A stretch of DNA of 64,000 bases from Octopus sinensis (taxonomy: Eukaryota). Below the pieces are notes generated by a model. That model was not told where the DNA came from. It searched no databases and saw only the letters and a program-made list of their open reading frames with translations. The stretch covers positions 79,546,001 to 79,610,000 of the forward strand of contig NC_043002.1 of the NCBI RefSeq assembly GCF_006345805.1, read 5' to 3'. How positions within the stretch are numbered: position 1 is the stretch's first letter; each line of letters starts with the position of its first letter. A program made the translations under genes and the position numbers. Shown in pieces: positions 1 through 12,503 of this stretch.

Positions 1-534
1 TACATACATACATACATACGTACGTACGTACATACATACATACATACATACATACATACATACATACATACATACATACATGCATGCATACATACATACA
101 TACATACAGATAGACAGACAGACAAGAAAAAGTATGTACCGTCATAGAGACCAGCTGTCCTGCTGATGTGAGCGCCTCTTTGATTTTCATGAACAAATAC
201 GGACAACTGCTTCGAAACCACCAGCTTCTATTTACAGATTTCAAATTAGCATTTATATCAGTAAGAATTAGTGCACTTGGTTTTATGCATGTGTTTTGGA
301 ACCAAGTTTGTTACCACACAACCACACCTGCACCTATGTATGTATGTGTGTGTGTGTGTGTGTGTGCTTGTGTATGTGTGTATGGGTGTATATATGTATG
401 CATGTATATATGTGTATATATATGTGTACATATTACATGTACATCTATATATATATACATGTACACATACATGTATACATATACAGCTATACATATACAT
501 GTATACATGTACATCTATATATATACATCCATAT

Positions 535-619
<85 letters not shown>

Positions 620-680
620 CATATATACATGTATATGTATACAGCTATATGTATATATATATATATACATGTAAATTTAA
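1..680. repeat. (TACA)n / (TA)n / (TG)n microsatellite complex
   Basis: Directly visible simple repeats; they account for the Y/I/C/V-rich ORFs at 168-708. Confidence 0.95.
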
Positions 681-934
681 ATTTGAAAGAATAATGGTGA
701 AAAATTGAATATTAATTTCATTAACAAGAATTGAAAACCAGAGCTGTAGTATATAAGACCATAACGGATCTTCTACTAGCAAAATAGATGTCCACTGTTA
801 ATGGTTCACCCCTGTTATATAATACTTTCACTTTAATAGTTTCAATATTAAAGTGAAAGCATGTGACATTACAATAGAGAGATGTTTTTTTCACTTTTAA
901 CATGTAATACTGAAATAGTGGAGAAGCTATGATA

Positions 935-1112
935 TTGCTGTGGGTTCGCCCTAGGCATGAAGTTAAAATTTTTTTGGCCCATGACACTACATGGACCCTA
1001 AGTAAGGCATGTGTAAAATTTGAATGAAATTGGTTGTGTAGTTCTCAAGTTTTAGGGATTCACACAGACAGACAGACACACACACACACATTCTCAGTTT
1101 TATGTATATAGA
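935..1112 (-). mobile_element. Non-autonomous Helitron, 5' fragment
   Basis: Minus strand starts A|TCTATATACATAAAACTGAG followed by (GT)/(GTCT) repeats, the same 5' architecture as the full copies at 18942 and 36417. Confidence 0.5.
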
Positions 1113-1449
1113 TATATATATATCTACATATACATATATATGTGGTTTTGTATGTGCGCGTGTGTGTGTGTGTGTGCAAACATACAGCCATACACACATA
1201 TAAAATATTTGATGATTAAAGCAGAAAAATAACTGCACCATGAAAGCTGTTATCGCTGCCTGATGCAAGTGCTAGTTTACGTGTAATTCCAAATAAATTC
1301 CTATTTCAAATGTTTGCTGAAAAGAAGTGACGCAACTGAATACAACTCGAAAATACATATAATACATTTCAAAAAACCGGACACTCCAATGAATTGCTTG
1401 GAAAATTCCCTTCTCCAATCACAATTACTATGTGTTTTAAATACTTTTA

Positions 1450-1978
1450 CAGCGATCCCTCGTTTATCACGGTAGATTGGTTCCGAAACCGGCCGCGATA
1501 ACTGAATTTCCGCGAAGTAGGGACACCACATTTACAGTATTTATTGAACGTGTATTTGGACTTTTAAAACCCTCCCTGCACTGTTAACAACCCACCTATT
1601 ACAGTAGTCTATTAATAACAAGGACAACTGTTAAACAATAACACTTTAGATTAAAAAAAATTAAAGATTGTTACTGTACCCAACACGAAAGAAGTAAAAT
1701 TTGAATGATGATGGTGATGTATTTGTTGCGCAGTAGAAATGATGATGATGAAGCTGACGGCGGTGCCAATCACAGCCCGTCTTAAGTTCAAATACTCCTG
1801 TATATGCTTTTTTGCTATTTTACGCTTGTTTTGTTGTTCCTAGACTAGGGAATAATATTTATTATTAATATTTTAATGGATTTAATGAAAAATTTTAGGT
1901 GTTCATATATATATATTTTAAAAATCGCGAAGTCTTGAATCCGCGATAGTTGAACCGCGAAGTAGCGAGGGATCACTA
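1450..1978. mobile_element. pogo/Tigger-like (Tc1-mariner superfamily) MITE
   Basis: Imperfect TIRs CAGCGATCCCTCG...CGAGGGATCACT(A), TA dinucleotides on both sides (1448-49, 1979-80), repeated subterminal CCGCGA motifs. Confidence 0.75.
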
Positions 1979-2149
1979 TACTCAAAGACACCGGTTTATT
2001 AAAAATTCTCAATAAATCAACTTAAAATTAGTCTGTTGATGGGTATGATAAAGTAAATGCTGAAATAAAACTTTTAATAGCAAGGAACATCGCCCACATC
2101 AGAAGATTTATAATGAAATAAATTTCTAAAAATTGGATACTTTTTGGGG

Positions 2150-2384
2150 ATTCTTTTATTCTCTTGTTCTTTTACTTGTTTCAGTCATTTCATAGCGGCC
2201 ATGCTGGAGTAGCGCATTTTAGTCGAGCAAATCGATCTCAGAACTTATTCTTTGTGAGCTTAGTACATATTCTATCGGTACCCTTTTGCTAAGGTACGTG
2301 GACGTAAACACACCAGCGTCGGTTGTCAAGCGAATGTTGAGGGGACAAACTCAGACACATACACATATACCCGCACATACATAC

Positions 2385-2422
<38 letters not shown>

Positions 2423-2552
2423 ACAGGCTTTTTTCACTTGCCGTCTGCGAAATCCACTCACAGTGCTTTGCTCAAGGTGCCACGCAGTAGGACTGAAACC
2501 GGAACGATGTTGTTGGTAAACAAACTACTTAACACACAGCCACTCATGCGCC
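2150..2552 (-). mobile_element. tRNA-derived SINE, family A (CORE-like CCTTGGGCAAG domain, internal CA/TA tract)
   Basis: Homologous to the full copies at 25132, 54468 and 57445; tRNA-like head with B box and a (TAAAAGAA)-type tail. Confidence 0.8.
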
Positions 2553-2643
2553 TATAAGTTGATATATTTTTTTAATATTTGTTATTGATACGATGAGAAA
2601 AAATTAAGGTTTGGTAAATGTATGGTAGTGTATAAGCTATATA

Positions 2644-2970
2644 GGAGCACTCCATCGGTTGCGATGATGAGGGACCCAGCTGATATGATCAACGGAACAG
2701 CTTGCTCGTGAAATTAACGTGCAAGAGGCTGAGTACTCCATAGACACGTGTATCCTTAAAGTAGTCCTCAAGGAAATTAAGCGTCATACAGAATGTAATA
2801 AGGCTGGTCCTTTGAAATACAGCTACTTTGAAATACTCGTTTTTGCTCGCTGAGTGGACTGGAGCAACGTAAAATCAAGTGTCTTGCTCAAGGATTCAAC
2901 ACGTCGCCGGGAATTGAACTCACGACCTTACGATTGTTAGACAAATGCCTTAACCACTAGGCCACGCGCC
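2644..2970 (-). mobile_element. tRNA-derived SINE (CORE-type head, tail shared with the 24579 family)
   Basis: Minus strand GGCGCGTGGCCTAGTGGTTAAGG (A box) ... GAGTTCAATTCCC (B box) ... CTTGAGCAAGACAC; 3' part matches 24840-24955. Confidence 0.75.
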
Positions 2971-3724
2971 TATAAATATAATAAGAGATTTAGTCATTGA
3001 TCAGATATACGATTGAACAATGACTAATTGATTGAACTGACTGCCAGGTTTAGTGAAGTCCCTGTTAAGCATTGATTGTAGACATACATGCCTGCATATA
3101 AAAAATGAGAGAAAGAGAAAATGGAAGTGACGAAATTCTTTATTAATCACAGCAATCGTTTCTGGAAACATTTGCCCAAATTTAAATCAAGTGAGAGAGA
3201 GAGAGGAGGGGGAGAAAGTGAGAGGGAGGAGGGAGAGAGAAGAAAACGCTGAAGAAGATACTGGCAGGAAGACAGAGAGAAAGATAAATAAAATGAGGAG
3301 AAATGACGTCGAATGGTGAAAAGGTGTATGGGAAAGAAAGTAAAGGAGAGCGAAAGAGAAGTGAAAAAAGCGAACGAGTGATAGATTAAAAGATAAAATG
3401 TAATAGCTATTTGTTAAATAGTTAAAAATATATACTGTACAAATCTCGGTTCGGATATGACATCACACAAATCCACACACACGCCTGAGCCCGCCCGCGT
3501 GCGTCCACGCATTTACGTATACATAAATATATGCATGTGTATTTATATGTATTTTTTTTTTACTTGTTTCAGTGATCAGACTTTGGCCATGCTTCAGTAC
3601 TGCCTTGAAGAGATTTTAGTCGAACGTATCGACCCCAGAACTGTCTTTTCTAAAGCCTAATATTTATTTTATCGATCTCTATGCCGAACCGGTAGTTGAG
3701 GACGTACACAATAGTAGCACCGCC

Positions 3725-3778
<54 letters not shown>

Positions 3779-3800
3779 TGTATATATATATATATATATA

Positions 3801-4138
3801 TATTCTTTTATTCTTTTACTTGTTTCAGACTGCAGCCAAGTCTGTGTTGTCGCACATATTCGCTTGAATTCTTCCAAAAATTTTATACCCTTAGTTTAGA
3901 TTTTTGGGGCCTACCAATTTTGAAGTGTAACAGGTCGAAACTGTAATATTCATTGGAAGCTTGACTGATGACAGAAAGTCGCGAATGTTCCGCCCTGGTT
4001 TTTTCCTGTCCGTCTTTCTATCGTCTATCTGTCCGTATTTTTTTTATTGTTGTCCATTACGTACTTATTCAGTTTTTTAAAAAATTTATATATACATATA
4101 GCAGCGTACGTACACCTTTTGCTCAGCTTGTATGTATG

Positions 4139-4229
<91 letters not shown>

Positions 4230-4629
4230 TGTATGTATGTATATATATATATAATATATATATATTCTTTTATTCTTTTACTTGTTTCAGACTGCAGCCA
4301 AGTCTGTGTTGTCGCACATATACGCTTGAATTCTTCCAAAAATTTTATGCCCTTAGTTTAGATTTTTGGGGCCTACCAATTTTGAAGTGTAACAGGTCGA
4401 AACTGTAATGTTCATTGGAAGCTTGACTGATGACAGAAAGTCGCGAATGTTCCGCCCTGGTTTTTTCCTGTCCGTCTTTCTATCGTCTATCTGTCCGTAT
4501 TTTTTTTATTGTTGTCCATTACGTTCTTATTCAGTTTTTTAAAAATTTATATATACATATAGCAGCGTACGTACACCTTTTGCTCAGCTTGTATGTATGT
4601 ATGTATGTATATATATATATATATATATA
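3801..4629. repeat. Near-identical tandem duplication, period ~462 bp including microsatellite
   Basis: 3801-4130 and 4263-4591 differ by about four substitutions plus homopolymer length. Confidence 0.9.
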
Positions 4630-4812
4630 ACGGGAAGCTTTATGAAAATAAACAAAAGACGAAGGCAGGTGGAATATAAACAAACAATTGTATTTGTATG
4701 GCGCTCAGGAATATAAATAAAACAAGTCTTTTACGTTTCGAGCCTACGCTCTTCAACAGAAAGATACACAGAAAAGAAACACAGAAAGAAACAAGGAGAG
4801 AAAAAAAAAGCA
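4630..4812 (-). mobile_element. Short dispersed repeat with hammerhead-like motif (probably PLE-derived)
   Basis: Related copies at ~28025-28230, ~60585-60790 and ~61205-61350, with a variant at ~25436-25650; all adjoin TA-rich microsatellites. Confidence 0.65.
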
Positions 4813-4917
4813 TATACACACACACACATACACACATGTATGTATAAATGAAATATGCCTTAAATTCTACAAAACGTACACGTGGACGGACACAGAGCAC
4901 CGTAATTATTTATTCAG

Positions 4918-5218
4918 TTTTGTGCCTTTAACGATAAGACTGAGAGCTTCGTATATCGGCGGCACCCGCAAGATTTGCGTAGAATTAGGGTTCGAAAGTA
5001 AACAGAAGTAATTTGAAACAATAGACGAAGACAATAGATGAAAACTTTCGGTCAAAAACGGGAGTGATGGACAACGCCTGGAAGAAACCCTCAAAAGAAA
5101 TTTCTCAAAAGAGAAAACACGCTAGGTGTCCGGTAGCGAAAAGGCAGAGATGGGAAAATTAGTCACGGGTCACGTGTGGGCAGCAGATAGAAGGGAAGGA
5201 AGATGAAAGAAAGTGAGT

Positions 5219-5249
<31 letters not shown>

Positions 5250-5770
5250 CACAGGGAAAGAAAGGGATAAAATCTACAATTATGTGTGAGAAGACGAGAG
5301 AGAGAGAAAGAGGAAGTTGGGATGCTATAAAAGGAATATATTTCTACTAATTCCTCTCTCCCTATCTCGTCTTCTCACACTTAATTGTAGACTTTCTTCC
5401 TTCATTCTTCTGTTCTCTCTCTCTCTCTGTCGCTCTCTCTCTCATCCTCCTTCCCTTCTATCTACTGCCCACACGTGACCCGTGACTAATTTTCCCGTCT
5501 CTGCCTTTTCGCCACCGGTCAACTTTTTCTCCTTTCTTACTAATTCTCATTGTTATATCCATTTTAGGGTTTCTTCCAGGCGTTACCCGTCATTCTCGTG
5601 TTTGGCCGAGAGGTTCTATTTATTGTCTTCGTTTATCATTTCAAAATACATTTGTTTACGTTCGTAAGTCCACCCTACATTGTCTTGTTTGCTCGAGCCC
5701 TAATTCTACGCAAATCTTGCGGGCGCCGCCGATATACGAAGTTCTCAGTCTTATAGTTAAAGGCACGAAA
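4918..5770. repeat. Large imperfect inverted repeat (arms ~4918-5305 and ~5355-5770)
   Basis: Blocks such as CTTCGTATATCGGCGGCACCCGCAAGATTTGCGTAGAATTAGGG and AAAATTAGTCACGGGTCACGTGTGGGCAG recur reverse-complemented in the right arm. Confidence 0.9.
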
Positions 5771-6187
5771 CAAAGTATTAGTGTTTTTCGGTCGATAACT
5801 GATGAATAATTAGGGTATTTCTGTGTTTCTCTTACGTGTTCGCTTTGTAGTATTTAAGGGATTTTTCAGTTATTGAGTAACTGAACGCCACGCATCCCGA
5901 CTTTAGGGGAAACTATACTGACACAAGCTCGCAAAACACACACACGCATACAAACACATACACGCATACACACACAGACGCAAACACACACGAACACATA
6001 CACGGGCAGCATATATGGGCATATGGTTGGAACTGATTTGTTGAATGCTTGTGCGGTACGGAATGTACAAACTCACATCCAAATAGCAAAAAAAAAACAA
6101 CAAAAAAACACGTGTAAATATGTGCAAATTCATTTCCTTATTTTCTTTTGTATATAAACTGAATATCCAGATATTCAAAACTGAAAG

Positions 6188-6239
<52 letters not shown>

Positions 6240-6593
6240 CTATATAGATACAAATACATATCAATCTATATAAGATTAACCCGTTAAATATTGTCACACG
6301 GTCAGATGCGCGCGTATATACGTAGAAGAAACACATGCACGGCATCACGGCAGAAACAAAAAAGACTGACACATACTTGAAGGACAGCGTTTTATAGCGT
6401 AGGTATACATACACACACACATATATACATCCCTACATGTGTAAATATATCGGTATCTTTATATGAATGCATGTACATACATAAATATATATGGTTTATC
6501 CATACTTTATATACATGTTTATATTTATTATATATATATACATATATATATATCTATATATATGTATGTATGTGTGTGTAAATTTTTATATGC

Positions 6594-6626
<33 letters not shown>

Positions 6627-7080
6627 CGTGTGTGTGTATTTACTGTATGAATGTATATATACTCACTAGCACACGCATATACGCACATATATATTTATAG
6701 AAACACAATGAAGTATTCTCGCATAATATTCACATCCGCTTCCATATAATTGTATACACAGAAAACTAACTCACCTTGTTTAGAGACATTTGTATATATG
6801 TATGTGTGTGTATGTGTTTGTGTGTGTGTTTGTTTGTGTGCGTTTGTGTGAGTGTGTGTGTGTGTGTCTGTTTGTAAAAACAGTTATTACTGCCATACAT
6901 CGGTAGATAATATACGAGAAAATGAATGGTCGTTCTGCAAAAAAGTTGCAAGATTGGGTGAGAGAGGATAAAAAAATAAGATTGCAAAAAATTGCAAAAA
7001 AATGCAAAAAAAAAAGCAAAAAAACAAAACGAACAACTTTGAAGAACAACAAGGAAGCAGAAACACACTCAAGCCAAAAT

Positions 7081-7154
7081 CTATAATAATAATAATAATA
7101 ATGATAATAATATAATAATAATAATAATAATAATATAATAATATAATAATAATA

Positions 7155-7185
<31 letters not shown>

Positions 7186-7212
7186 AATAATAATAAAATA
7201 ATAATAATAATG

Positions 7213-7251
<39 letters not shown>

Positions 7252-7265
7252 TAATAATAATAAAC
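7081..7265. repeat. (AAT)n microsatellite
   Basis: Directly visible. Confidence 0.95.
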
Positions 7266-7385
7266 AGGTAAAACGTATAGAAAAAATATTGATATATGAA
7301 AACAACCTATGATAGGTTTTGGTGAATACGAAAAAATAACACCCCTCAAAATATGAAACACACACACCTATACATATACTCATAC

Positions 7386-7432
<47 letters not shown>

Positions 7433-7654
7433 CACGCATATGCTCACACACAGACACACGCACACATGTATATATTGACAAGTAAATAAATAGATATTCT
7501 TTGAGAGAGAATTTCTTATAAACAGCAATCATATGTGAAAGGAAACAATGAAACCGCAAATACACACCTATATATGTAATAAACTCGTACATAGATACAT
7601 ACATACATACATGCATACATACATATACACACACATTTATATATGCATATATAC

Positions 7655-7711
<57 letters not shown>

Positions 7712-8468
7712 ATATATATATATGTGTGTGTATGAATATATGTCTGCTGGTAATTTGTACGTAAGTTTTGATGACACTGACTGAGCAGGATTTCAGTAGA
7801 AGTAACGAACAAAAAAAAAACAAAAAAAATTCCCTAGATTGTGTAGGTGTATAGTGATTTGAATAAAAAATAAAAGTAATGTTTGGTAATATATAAAAAA
7901 AGAAAATTAACACGCAAACAGAATCTCAGAAACATACAGGTACACATACACATGACCAAAAAGAAATTATAGTATTGTAAGATAGCGATATAGATAAGGA
8001 GATAATGCGTGAAAGGGAGATAACATATACGTTAATAGACGTACAGAACTGTTTATATATATATATATATAGACTTACCATACATGCACACCTCTCTATG
8101 TAGATACATATAGATATACGTACACAAAAAGTATACCCACAAAGACACGCATATGTATTGGGAGAGACAGTATACAGGTACGTATGTGTGCTTATTAGGT
8201 ACATGAATAAATGGATACCATATCTAATTGGAAAACATGTACATTACTATACACACACATATATATACAGATATGGATTCATATATATATATACATATAT
8301 ATATATATATGTGTGTGTGTGTGCTTGTGTGTGTGTGTTTGTGTGTGTATGTGTATGTATATATATATATGTATATATATATGTGTGTATATATATACAT
8401 ATTATATATATATGTATATATTTTATATATATATATGTATATATATTTATATATATATGTATATTTAC

Positions 8469-8504
<36 letters not shown>

Positions 8505-8799
8505 ATATGTATATGTGTGTATCTGTTTATGTGTGTGTTTGTGTGTGTAAATACATACACGTGTGTGAATGTGTGAATAGATATATATTTGTGTGTCTAT
8601 GTGTGTGCATATATAAGCATACATGCTTATGTAAACGCACAACTTTCATCAAACCGTTTATGCAATCTCTGTGTCTTACCGCTCAGTCGAAACTTAAGTT
8701 CCATTGAAGATATATCTTTTTGTACTCTTACCACCCGCCTGAATGTGTTTCATTTCTGAAATCTGAAAGAAAGGGCAGTGTCTATGATTCGTCTCGAAA

Positions 8800-9150
8800 A
8801 TTCTCCGAGACGAATTCAATTTTTCTCGGTAATGTTACATGTAAAATATTGCAATCAAAACAGCAGAAAAGACTTAACCAGGGAGGAGATTACAGAGGCA
8901 CATGTTATTTTGAGGAAGGACAAGGCTTGGGCTTCGTGTTCGGTGTGGTGTTTAGACACAAGGGTGAAGAGACACAGGGAACCGAATGGCTGAGAATGTT
9001 TAAATAAAATAGATAGAAGACGAACTAAGTTTGAGGTTGAAGGTCTATAATAGTAACAAAGAAAGGAGTTGGATACCAGTGGAATAGATTCTTGAGAGTT
9101 ATGCAATGCTAGTCGCATGGATTTTTCTTGGACGCGGTGCAGGATATCTG
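8800..9150 (-). mobile_element. Degenerate CR1/L2-group LINE 3' ORF2 fragment
   Basis: Minus translation across frameshifts: TDILHRVQEKSMRL ... LCYYY ... LCNLLPG*VFSA, resembling the C-terminal LDRVQ.KA.RL ... LWN.LP..VFP region. Confidence 0.5.
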
Positions 9151-10734
9151 TGTCCATAGCTGTAACATACATACGTACATATATATAATGTGTGTATAAG
9201 TATGTATATATGTATGTATACACATTCACACAGAAACAAACACCCAAAGATATATGAAATGAAAAAAGACGAATTTGTTATCTGATATTTCTACAATTGC
9301 TTCATTAAAAATCTTTATTGTGACGTTAACATAATACAGTCAGGGTTTTATTATACACAAATTCGAAAAGATTATGTAATATGTTATGCAACTCTCAACT
9401 CATCAGGCTTACTCAGTATACAAGTGACCAGTGAATGCTGATAAGTACTGTTCATCAACAAATAAAATTTTGAATTAGAGTTACCAACATTTAAGAAATA
9501 TGAAGTGGTTGGTGCTACAATCAGTCAACCACGAAGCCGTATAGCAAACTGATGTCGTAAATTATAGAATAATTAGAAGGCATATTTAAGATGTCATTAA
9601 ATGTAGCGTCATCACCAACAAAACTGGTACTAACAAATCTGTCTTATATACAGTAGATATTAGTTTCCAAGTATGGCATTTGACTCTATCAAAACCGACG
9701 TAGTTCTAAGAAAGTAATTTTCTGTGTTATGGTGTTTAGTACATCAAAGTAATGATATAGATTGTAAATTCCCGCATTAATTCGTTTACTTAACTCCTCT
9801 TGATTAAAGTATTCCGGTTAATTTCAGAGGAGACGAGGGAATAACGGAATAACGAAGGAGGAAGCAAAAAGGAAAAGAATATAATTAATATATAGAAATT
9901 GCCATAATTAATACTTAAATAGAAACAGTATATGATAAATCTAATAGAGAAAGGAGACATCATTTGATGAGAATCCGGCGTTGTCACAAACAAATAAATA
10001 AATGTGTATACTAGTCTAATGAAAGGTAGTTAGGCAATAATCAGTGTCAACATAAAACCTATGAATTTATACTAGTTGAGTATCAAAATTTAGAGGGATT
10101 AGAGAGATCAGTTTTATAGCTGTTATGTATGTACAAATTGGAAGGCTACAATTAATCGAAAAGGAAGAGCACAACCGATATTCAAACTCAAACCGAAAAA
10201 CCTTGAATCTCAACGCTTTTGTCAACTAAAACAATTAAAATGATTTAGGTTAAGTTGATAGATCAGATCACTGGTTTAATTATTAAGAAATATGATATCA
10301 TATTTAAGAATATGATGTATATTAAGAAAAAGCAAAGAGAATATAAAAAAAATTATAAAGGTCATATACCTTAAAGAATTTATTGGATTATAATTAATCA
10401 TAAAGAATTGTAAAGTCTATAACTAGAGAGGTTGAGGCAAATAGAAATATATCACATAAGGTTAAAAGCAAACTGAATAAAGTTATGAAATTATGAATTA
10501 TATAAAATATATAAAAATTATATAAAATGACAATCATTGGCAGCTATGTAAGAACTAAGGATGAGCGAAAGTAGCTTGAATATGATCAATTATTAGTATT
10601 AATAGCATTAACATACACCTAGCTGCCTAAATATAGTCCTTGAATTTTATTTCAAGTAATTAAGTTCTATATTCTAAATTATAGATACTTATCTAGCACT
10701 CGTATATATCACTATCGTAATTGTAAAGTATAAG

Positions 10735-11125
10735 AAATTTGTACGAATACAAGACGGACATTTAATCCTTAACTCCTCCGAATTTATCAATAACTCGTGG
10801 ATCTTAAGTTTTCCAGCAATTTCAAAGAGTAGAGATTGGAACCATATTCATCATTAACATCAACCTTGCATTGTTCCACGTTAGCTGAAAATCGATATTG
10901 ATGTCCTTTAACTCCCAGACCTTCGCGGAGATCAATGTTGCTTCCGCTTTATCTCGTATACTGAACGTATGAGGATGATGATATATTCTTGATTTAAAAA
11001 TGGAAGAATGGAACCTATGACAGTGAAATTACGTAGATGAGTTGTAACTTTACATTTATATGCAGCATTTATTTCCCAGCTGGCATTCAGTTTTCATTTT
11101 AAAATTACATAATCTAGTTAATGTC
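10735..11125 (-). pseudogene. Degenerate GIY-YIG endonuclease of a Penelope-like element, Naiad-like
   Basis: Minus translation across frameshifts: CNFKMKTECQLGNKC / YKCKVTTHLRNFTVIGS / FKSRIYHHPHTFSIRDKAEATLISAKVWELKDINIDFQLTWN / LINSEELRIKC. Confidence 0.7.
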
Positions 11126-11889
11126 AGGATAGGAAAATTGTTACAAAACTCATACTATTTTGCAGAGCAGTCATAATCAGTAGAGACCGATCCTTTTATG
11201 TAGCTTACCAGTGAGCTCTCGCGTTAGGGCTGTTCTGCGAAAGCTCTGTTGCTGTTTAAGATATTAGCTAACGCTTCGACAGCATTTGGCACGCAAATAT
11301 TTGGTTTCTGGCACCCTTTGAAAGATTTGAATGGCTATTTATAATCAGACCATATAACAGTTACATATGCGGCACTTTCTTTCTTTCTTTCTTTCTAATC
11401 CACCGATAAACTATTTTCTTCAGGGGAATAAAAAAACCCGTTTAAGACTACAGTGTATAGTGCTATAAATATCATTGGTCAACAAATTATCCATCTGTAG
11501 ATTTAATAGTGGTGGTGGGGTTTATGGTATTTTGGTCGAGCTAATTAATACTGATTTTCCCCTCTCCTCTCGAGCCGTGTGTTTATTCTGATCATTTTAG
11601 CATCTCACCAAAATTTCATGATGTACATTTACTACAATTAATGCTATAGCCAAAACTATCGAGCACTTGTCAGTTTCAAGAAGTCTTGGTTGTATTGGTA
11701 AATTCCTCCTTCATAGGAGAGTTCTTATAACCGTTATTTCAGATCATCTGGTGTAACGAGTGAAGTTTAAACGTTTCGCTCAACGAGAGAGAGAGAAAGA
11801 GAGAGAGAGAGAGCCGAAATGGCGGTCATTTTGATTGTGTGCTAGTAAGTGATGATAATCATGGTAGTGGGTAGCGATTTTCTTCACTA

Positions 11890-12260
11890 CTTCAGGGAGT
11901 GACGACCCTGCCTGACACAAGTCCCGGGCTCAGTTGGCTCCGGCTGACAGTACCCGGTATGTGCTCCTATCCAGGGTTACGGAAAGGAGACAACCGTCAA
12001 AGAAATCCGGAGTGGAGCCCCGTAAGCGGTTTAGTGTTCGACTTGACACTCTTCTTGCAGCTCCTACAACCAAACCGGAGCCAAACGTAATGCTATGCAC
12101 TTCTTTGGACTACGTCAGCAAGGTCGAGAGAGGAATCCTGACGATTGGGCTACACAGGATTGTCTTGCATCTAGCCCAGGCCTGAGCAAAACTGGAGAGA
12201 ACATGAAATGTAAAAACCAGACTGGATTAGTTTATGCGCAACTCCATTATCTCCTGAGTC
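11890..12260 (+). mobile_element. Probable RTE-clade LINE 5' UTR fragment
   Basis: GC-richer block containing GGGTTACGGAAAGGAGACAACC...AAATCCGGAGTGGAGCCCC, recalled as typical of RTE 5' UTRs; no coding evidence. Confidence 0.4.
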
Positions 12261-12325
12261 AAAAGGATGTCAAAAAGTGATGAAGAAGCTGCTATTATGA
12301 CAATGATGATGATGTTAATTAATCC

Positions 12326-12503
12326 TTTCTACTATAGGCACAAGGCCTGAAACTTGGGGGCGGGGTATAATCGATTACATCGACCCAAGTACTCAACTGC
12401 TACTTGTTTTATCGACCCCGGAAGGATGAAAAGCAAAATCGACCTCGGCGGAATTTGACCTCAGATCGCTCGGCGTGCTATCGTTTCTGTCAGCTCACCG
12501 CCT
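12326..12503 (-). mobile_element. SINE family B (MetaSINE-like GCCTTTCATCCTTTCGGGGTCGATAAA domain)
   Basis: Reverse complement of the repeat clustered at 22648-23735 and 62308-63135. Confidence 0.75.

Noticed and set aside
140-227. Possible minus-strand 88 nt exon (two open frames)
   Set aside because: Weak acceptor and donor, and neither peptide is recognisable.
168-8707. Numerous long ORFs rich in Y/I/C/V/H/T (also throughout the window)
   Set aside because: They are translations of (TA)n, (TG)n and (TACA)n microsatellites, which lack stop codons.
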